From Candidatus Sumerlaeaceae bacterium (GTDB lineage: Bacteria > Sumerlaeota > Sumerlaeia > Sumerlaeales > Sumerlaeaceae), in NCBI GenBank assembly GCA_051003195.1, contig JBPCLP010000030.1, positions 1 through 64,000 on the forward strand: DNA of 64,000 nt, read 5' to 3'. This document shows positions 58,256-64,000 of this stretch, one piece after another. How positions within the stretch are numbered: the first letter of the stretch is position 1; each line of letters opens with the position of its first letter. The translations under genes and the position numbers were made by a program. The notes below the pieces were generated by a model. The model had not been told where the DNA came from and did not search any database. It saw only the letters and a list, made by a program, of their open reading frames with translations.

Positions 58256-59932
58256 CTACGCCCGAGGCAGTTTGCGGTACCTCGCGCGGCGGTTTTCGAC
58301 GGCGGCATCACCCAGTTCCCTGCGCCGCGCGACCTCGTACTCTTCGTAATTGCCGTCGAACAGGCGGACCTTCGCATCGCCCTCGAACGCAAGGATGTGG
58401 GTGCAGATGCGGTTGAGAAAGAAGCGGTCGTGGCTGATGACGAGCACCGAGCCGGCAAACCCACTGATGGCGTCTTCGAGCATGCGGAGGCTGTTGACGT
58501 CGAGGTCGTTTGTGGGCTCATCCAGCAGCAGCACATTGCCGCCCGACTTCAGCAGCTTGGCCAGGTGGACGCGGTTGCGTTCGCCGCCCGATAAGTTCTT
58601 AACAAGTTTCTGCTGGTCGGAGCCGCGGAAGTTGAACTGGCTGACGTAACTGCGGGCGGGAATGGTACGCTTGCCCATTGGGATGTCGTCTTTGCCCTCG
58701 CTGATCTCGTCGAAGACGGTGTTGTCGCCAACGAGCGAATCGCGGTGCTGATCGACGTACGACATGCGCACCGTGCTGCCGACGACAATTTCGCCTGCAT
58801 CGGGTTCTTCCTGTTTTGTTATCATGCGGAAGAGCGTGGTTTTACCGGTGCCGTTGGGGCCAATGATGCCGACGACCGCGCCCTTGGGCACATTGAAAGT
58901 AACGTCTTTGATCAGCGGCTCGCCGCCGTAGCCCTTGGTCACGTTGTTCACTTCGATGACCTGGTCGCCGAGGTGCTCGGCGGGGGCGATGCGGATGACG
59001 CCTTCTTCCTGGTCCTCGGCGCCGGCGCGTTCCTTCGCCACGAGGCGCTCATAATCGGCGAGACGGTTGCGGCTCATCTCCCGGTGTTCGGCGGTGTTCA
59101 TCTTGATCCAGTTGAGCTCGCCTTCCAGCGACTTTCGACGGGCGGATGCTTTCTTTTCCGACTGCGCGAGCATCTGGAGCTTTTGCCCAATCCAGGAGGA
59201 ATAGTTACCCTCGAACGGAATGCCTTTGCCGGCGTCGAGTTCGAGGATCCACTTGGTGATGTTGTCGAGGAAGTAGCGGTCGTGCGTGACGACGATCACG
59301 TTGCCCGGGTATTCGCGGAGCTGCTGCTCGAGCCAGTCCACCGTCTCGGCGTCGAGATGGTTGGTCGGCTCGTCGAGCAGGAGCATGTCGGGGCGTTCGA
59401 GCAATACGCGGGCGAGCGCGACACGGCGGCGTTCACCGCCTGAGAGCTTGGTGACGTCCATGTCGTCGGGCGGCAGCACCATGGCGTTGCTGGCGACGGC
59501 GAGTTTCTGGTCGAGGTTCCACGCGTCGGCGGCTTCGATCTTGTCCTGCATGGCCGACATGCGATCGAGCGCTTTTTCCATCTCGTCGCCTTCGAGTTCG
59601 CCGACCTTGTTAGCGAGGTCTTCGTAGTCTTTGACGAGTTTGACGGTGTCTGCGAATGCCATCTCCAGGTTCTCTTTGACGTTCTTGGTGGGGTCGAGCT
59701 GCGGCTCCTGCGGTACGTAGCCCACGCGCACGTTTTTCATCGGCGCGGCGTGACCGTCGAAGTCTTTGTCCATGCCCGCCATGATGCGCAGCAGCGTGGA
59801 TTTTCCGGAACCGTTGTCGCCGACAATGCCAATCTTGGCATCGGGATAAAAGGACAGGTTGATGTCCTTGAGAACGTGCTTCTGGCTGTAGTGCTTGTTC
59901 AGCTTATAGATGGAGAAAACAAATTCAGGCAT
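58256..59932 (-). CDS. ettA: Energy-dependent translational throttle protein (ABC-F)
   Basis: LSFYPDAKIG, two ABC domains (GDNGSGKST, GPNGTGKT), LSGGERRRV, DEPTNHLD, YVDQ, DEPTNDLD. Confidence 0.95.
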   Translation of the reverse strand: MPEFVFSIYKLNKHYSQKHVLKDINLSFYPDAKIGIVGDNGSGKSTLLRIMAGMDKDFDGHAAPMKNVRVGYVPQEPQLDPTKNVKENLEMAFADTVKLVKDYEDLANKVGELEGDEMEKALDRMSAMQDKIEAADAWNLDQKLAVASNAMVLPPDDMDVTKLSGGERRRVALARVLLERPDMLLLDEPTNHLDAETVDWLEQQLREYPGNVIVVTHDRYFLDNITKWILELDAGKGIPFEGNYSSWIGQKLQMLAQSEKKASARRKSLEGELNWIKMNTAEHREMSRNRLADYERLVAKERAGAEDQEEGVIRIAPAEHLGDQVIEVNNVTKGYGGEPLIKDVTFNVPKGAVVGIIGPNGTGKTTLFRMITKQEEPDAGEIVVGSTVRMSYVDQHRDSLVGDNTVFDEISEGKDDIPMGKRTIPARSYVSQFNFRGSDQQKLVKNLSGGERNRVHLAKLLKSGGNVLLLDEPTNDLDVNSLRMLEDAISGFAGSVLVISHDRFFLNRICTHILAFEGDAKVRLFDGNYEEYEVARRRELGDAAVENRRARYRKLPRA

Positions 59933-60063
59933 GGAGCTCCCTAAAAAAATTCAAAGGTCAAAATTCAAAATGGTAGATCGGTTGTGAGAACCGAATGACC
60001 GGGTGCAGTGGGGGAGCGGTCAAGAGAACTTGTGACGCGGGAGTTGTCTACCGTTAGTAGTAA

Positions 60064-60136
60064 TCGGTTCTGTGTGCCGAATCGAGATCAAGTCTGCGCT
60101 TTGGTCTGGTAAGGAACTACGGATTCGGCACACTGG
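60064..60136 (+). other. Repeated ~73-nt structured element (copy 2)
   Basis: 12-bp stem GTGTGCCGAATC/GATTCGGCACAC; homologous to 36741-36813. Confidence 0.65.
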
Positions 60137-60269
60137 AGTAGACGTAGGGGCGCGTTGTTCCTGAAATGCACTGAAACGGTTGCTGTTGACAAGCACCGTC
60201 GATTTTGCGCTGGTGCTTACGGCAGCTCTGCGTTTCGCTGGCGGCCGATCAGTTTTAAGGGAGTCACCT

Positions 60270-60992
60270 GTGTTCAGAATTCTTGTGTTCGCGGCGTTCT
60301 GTTTTATTGCCGCAGTTGCCACTGCCGGCGAGCCGGTGCTGTACTCGCTTCAGCTGCAGGACAATCGGATCGTGAATCTCAGCGGCAACTATTCGTTCTC
60401 GAGCGGAGACGTGAATGCGGACATCACGATCGTCCAGAGCAGTGATGGCACGATTGGTTTTGGAGCGTTTGTTACGGGCGCAGGCATAGCGAAAACTTTT
60501 ATTACTTCCGGGCACCTGAAGGCGGCGAACGATACATTGACCTGGAGTGTCCAGGCCGCGGCGGACGGCGGATTTTCGATCAAATTCAAAGGCACCGCGC
60601 ACCCGAATGTAAGCAGCGCATTTACGATTGAGGGCAAACTCGAAGGACCAGCGGTTTCGACGAGCTTTACCGGCACGCTTGTGCCGCAGAATTCCGCGCA
60701 GGGTATGACGATTTCCTCGACCACTGTCAACGATGTAGCGACCTGGCAGATCTGGACGCCGCTCTTTAATGAGGTGGGCAATGTGGGAATCAAAGGCGGA
60801 AAGAAAAATGCGAAGATCCTGGTGAAGGAACCTTTCGTGAAGGCCACCTTCCATGGGTTGATTTCCAAGAATGATGAAGACTTCAACTGGACGAGCGGTC
60901 CCGGCAACAGCGTTGTGAAAATTGGGAAGATGCACCTGGTGGTGACGCCCTCGCAGTTTTTTGCGACGCTGATTAACAGCAACCAGCTCTAG
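60270..60992 (+). CDS. Hypothetical secreted beta-rich protein
   Basis: AAGGGAG before GTG 60270; signal peptide ending ATA-G; no conserved tail. Confidence 0.78.
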   Translation: MFRILVFAAFCFIAAVATAGEPVLYSLQLQDNRIVNLSGNYSFSSGDVNADITIVQSSDGTIGFGAFVTGAGIAKTFITSGHLKAANDTLTWSVQAAADGGFSIKFKGTAHPNVSSAFTIEGKLEGPAVSTSFTGTLVPQNSAQGMTISSTTVNDVATWQIWTPLFNEVGNVGIKGGKKNAKILVKEPFVKATFHGLISKNDEDFNWTSGPGNSVVKIGKMHLVVTPSQFFATLINSNQL

Positions 60993-61267
60993 AATGGTGT
61001 CCCAGAGTTCCGTTACAGATTTTCGGTTTCCGGCGCCCCTTCAGGGCGCGATGTAATTGGATCGATATCCCAGGGCTGCGTCGACCACAAAAAGCCGTGG
61101 CCTCCTTTCCCTGGGCTGTGTTCCGCTGCACCTTCGGTGCAAAAAACTGAGGCTGCGTCGACCACAAAAAGCCGTGGCCTCCTTTCCCTGGGCTGTGTTC
61201 CGCGGCACCTTCGGTGCAAAATGATTCCGACGGAATTCTGCCCGAATTTTTAGGGACAACTCACTAG
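60989..61267. mobile_element. MITE-like element bounded by CTAG (copy 2, with internal ~70-bp duplication)
   Basis: Left end CTAGAATGGTGTCCCAGAG, right end CGAATTTTTAGGGACAACTCACTAG; same internal hairpins as 11684-11879. Confidence 0.75.
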
Positions 61268-61314
61268 CCGCCGCGGGATTGACAGCGCTGCTCGGCAGGC
61301 CTTGTTAGCCGCTC

Positions 61315-62094
61315 ATGACTAAAATTATTATAAGTGGACCGCGTGGCCGGATGGGCCAGGCGATCCTGAAGCTGGCCGGCACAGACGCGACCGTCGACGT
61401 GATCGGCGCGGTGGATTCTGGCGGGGGCGCGGGTGCCGCCATTCCGTTTAGAAATGGCAGCATCGCCAACTCTGCGGATCTGCATGCGGTGCAGTCTTCG
61501 GCAGGGTGCGTCCTGGTTGAATTCACGACGCCGGAAGCGACGCTCGAGCATGTGTCCCAGGCCGCCGGGCTGGGTGTGAATTGCATCGTCGGAACGACAG
61601 GTTTCACGCTGGACCAGCGGAGCGAGCTGCAGCGCTACTCGGAGCACATCGCGCTCATTATCGCGCCGAACACGAGCCTTGGCGTAAACGTTCTGCTCGG
61701 GATTGTCGAGCAGGTTGCAGCCGCGCTAGCCGGCTACGATATTGAGCTGACAGAGATGCACCATCGACTCAAGAAAGACGCTCCCAGCGGCACGGCGGTC
61801 GCGCTGGCGGAGGCGGCCGCGAAGGGACGCAGGCTTTCGCTGTCGGACGTCGCGAAGCATGGGCGATCGGGACTGACCGGCGAACGCCCGGTGGACGAGA
61901 TTGGAATCCACTCGCTGCGAGGCGGTGATGTGGTGGGCGAGCACACAATGACTTTTGCCGGGCCGGGCGAACGCGTGGAGATAACGCATTGTGCGCACAG
62001 CCGTGATACTTTTGCCGCGGGCGCGCTGGTCGCCGCGAAGTGGCTGGCGGGTAAACAGCCCGGGTTGTATACGATGCGAGATGTGCTGCTGTGA
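61315..62094 (+). CDS. dapB: 4-hydroxy-tetrahydrodipicolinate reductase
   Basis: GPRGRMG, VGTTG, APNTSLGVN, EMHHRLKKDAPSGTA, RGGDVVGEH. Confidence 0.97.
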   Translation: MTKIIISGPRGRMGQAILKLAGTDATVDVIGAVDSGGGAGAAIPFRNGSIANSADLHAVQSSAGCVLVEFTTPEATLEHVSQAAGLGVNCIVGTTGFTLDQRSELQRYSEHIALIIAPNTSLGVNVLLGIVEQVAAALAGYDIELTEMHHRLKKDAPSGTAVALAEAAAKGRRLSLSDVAKHGRSGLTGERPVDEIGIHSLRGGDVVGEHTMTFAGPGERVEITHCAHSRDTFAAGALVAAKWLAGKQPGLYTMRDVLL

Positions 62095-62206
62095 GCGGGA
62101 AAGCTTAATTTAAGGTCAAAATTAAAAATGACGTGTGACTTAGCTGCGCGAGCCGCTTCGACGGACAGTCGTGTCGTTCTCTTGCTGAGGCGGGTATTCC
62201 AAAGTT

Positions 62207-62236
62207 AAAAGGCCGGGGTGATTGCTCACCCCGGCC
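62207..62236 (-). terminator. Rho-independent terminator after rpsL
   Basis: GGCCGGGGTGA..TCACCCCGGCC 11-bp stem with AAAA on the left, giving a U tract on the minus strand. Confidence 0.78.
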
Positions 62237-62268
62237 GCTGCGATTTATTACTTTTGAATTCTTGTGTT

Positions 62269-62640
62269 TTACTTCGGACGCTTGGCTCCGTACTTGGAAC
62301 GGCTCTGTTTGCGGTTGGCAACGCCCTGGGTGTCGAGGATGCCGCGCACGATGTGGTAGCGGATACCCGGAAGGTCCTTCACACGACCGCCACGGATCAT
62401 CACGATGGAGTGCTCCTGCAGGTTGTGTCCTTCACCGGGGATGTATGCGGAAACTTCAAACCCGTTGGTCAAACGCACACGGGCAACCTTGCGCAGCGCG
62501 GAGTTAGGCTTCTTGGGTGTGGTGGTGTAGACGCGCGTGCATACGCCGCGCTTGAACGGGCACGCGGCCAGAGCCGGTGTGTTCTTCTTCGTCTTTACCC
62601 GCTTGCGTTGGCTGCGAACCAACTGGTTAATCGTCGGCAT
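62269..62640 (-). CDS. rpsL: 30S ribosomal protein S12
   Basis: [41 protein letters not shown]. Confidence 0.99.
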   Translation of the reverse strand: MPTINQLVRSQRKRVKTKKNTPALAACPFKRGVCTRVYTTTPKKPNSALRKVARVRLTNGFEVSAYIPGEGHNLQEHSIVMIRGGRVKDLPGIRYHIVRGILDTQGVANRKQSRSKYGAKRPK

Positions 62641-62925
62641 TCCTGTCCTCTTGTTAGCGGTCTGCGAGTCGCACAGTTGCGGATGGCAGACGTAATGCTT
62701 CCTGGTATGTGTTCTGCAAACTGTGGATCAAACCGCCTACCGCTGAGTTTATTCAGCTTTTGCAGCGGCGCGCGCGGCTGAGTTGTAATCGTAATCGTAT
62801 CAAAGGTTAGGGGCCGACGGTGGCGTGCATTCTATGGTGAATTAAGAGGACGCGCTGCGGATGCGACGGTCGCTTGACAACCCCCGGGTGCGCCTGAGCC
62901 TTGGAGACCTCATGCGAGACAACTA

Positions 62926-64000
62926 TTGAAACGCGTTGCGATCATCATGGCAGGCGGAGTGGGGGAGCGCTTCTGGCCGATTAGCCGCCACAGTTACCCG
63001 AAACAGTTGCTCAAGATCGGCAACCAGCGCACGATGCTGGATGCAGCGGTGGAGCGCATTCAGTCCATCGTTTCGACCGACGACATCTTTATCGTAACTG
63101 GTCGCAGCCTGAAAGCGGCCATTGAAGCAGAAATCAAGACGCTACCGGCCGGCAACGTGATTGCGGAGCCGGAAGGCAAGAACACTGCGGCCTGCCTGGC
63201 GCTTGCCTGCGCGCTGGTCGAACAGCGCTACACCGGCGAGGATGTTGTTATGATCGTGCTGACGGCCGATCATTTTATAAGGGACGTCGATGCATTCCGC
63301 AAGGACTGTGAAGCGGCGGCGCAGTTTGCCGGGCAAAACGCTGCGCTGGTCACTTTTGGAATTCGGCCGACGCGTCCTGAAACAGGTTACGGATATATTG
63401 AAGTCGGTGCGCCCGCGTCGGATAGCGCGCCGATTTTCAAGGTCTCCTCTTTTCGTGAGAAGCCAGACGCCGGTACCGCCGAACGGTTCCTCGAAGACGG
63501 CGGTTTCCTGTGGAATTCAGGGATGTTCGTCTGGCGTAACTCAACTCTTCGTGACGCATTTGCCTCCCACCTTCCTGCAACGCACTCGCGGCTGGATGCC
63601 CTGGCGCGGGCGTTTGGTCACGGTCAGCCGCTGAGGGAACTCGATGAGGCGTTCCAGCCGCTGGAGAAAATTTCGATCGATGTCGGGGTGATGGAGCGGG
63701 CGACCAACGTGGTTGTGCTGCGCGCATCCTTTGACTGGGACGACATCGGAACATGGACATCGCTGCCGCGTCTGCTGGGACAGGATGCTGCAGGCAATGT
63801 GGTGTTCGGAAAAGGTGCGCTGCTCAAGAGTGAGGATTCAATTATCTACACGGTGGATTGTGGTGGAAACGAATCCGCTTCCGCGCCTGCTCATCCGAGA
63901 CTTGTGGTCGGGTATAATCTCAAGGGAATTGTCGTGGTTAGTACGCCCGATGCCGTGTTCGTATTACCCGCGGAAGACGTGCAGCGCGTGAAGGACGTCG
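62926..64000 (+). CDS. manC: Mannose-1-phosphate guanylyltransferase (runs off window end)
   Basis: Manual translation from TTG 62926: KRVAIIMAGGVGERFWP..PKQLL, EPEGKNTA, ADHFI, PETGYGYIE, FREKP, WNSGMF, ISIDVGVME, DWDDIGTW. Confidence 0.93.
   Translation, partial: MKRVAIIMAGGVGERFWPISRHSYPKQLLKIGNQRTMLDAAVERIQSIVSTDDIFIVTGRSLKAAIEAEIKTLPAGNVIAEPEGKNTAACLALACALVEQRYTGEDVVMIVLTADHFIRDVDAFRKDCEAAAQFAGQNAALVTFGIRPTRPETGYGYIEVGAPASDSAPIFKVSSFREKPDAGTAERFLEDGGFLWNSGMFVWRNSTLRDAFASHLPATHSRLDALARAFGHGQPLRELDEAFQPLEKISIDVGVMERATNVVVLRASFDWDDIGTWTSLPRLLGQDAAGNVVFGKGALLKSEDSIIYTVDCGGNESASAPAHPRLVVGYNLKGIVVVSTPDAVFVLPAEDVQRVKDV

Overview
GC-rich chromosomal window from a diderm bacterium (TolC and lipoproteins present). 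About 1-44 kb is mostly housekeeping and metabolism: beta-carbonic anhydrase, tmRNA, gpmI, glnB, plsY-gpsA, a DUF507 pair, yebC, an HD-GYP protein, hicB with a decayed hicA, sucC, a sugar-modification/catabolism block, galT, fbaB, a MacAB-TolC-type exporter, an M12 peptidase, bioD, thrC, pduL, aroC, an aroK-cmk fusion, plsC and leuA under a Leu T-box. About 44-58 kb is an accessory island. It holds seven secreted proteins (one a remnant), mostly unrelated to each other, that all end in the same short tail without a transmembrane helix, A-x-[VI]-x-[DE]-[WY]-x-x-hydrophobic(-Q)-COOH. This tail is the best candidate for an undescribed C-terminal sorting or anchoring system. The secreted genes are interleaved with three Pro/Thr/Ala-linker lipoproteins and two different Y1 (RAYT/IS200-like) transposase genes, each with its own REP family. 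The window ends with ettA, dapB, a stand-alone rpsL and a truncated mannose-1-phosphate guanylyltransferase. Several dispersed small elements are also present: a CTAG-bounded MITE, a twice-repeated ~73-nt structured motif, a hairpin inserted into the T-box, and heptamer repeats. All product calls come from motif recognition by eye; no searches were run.
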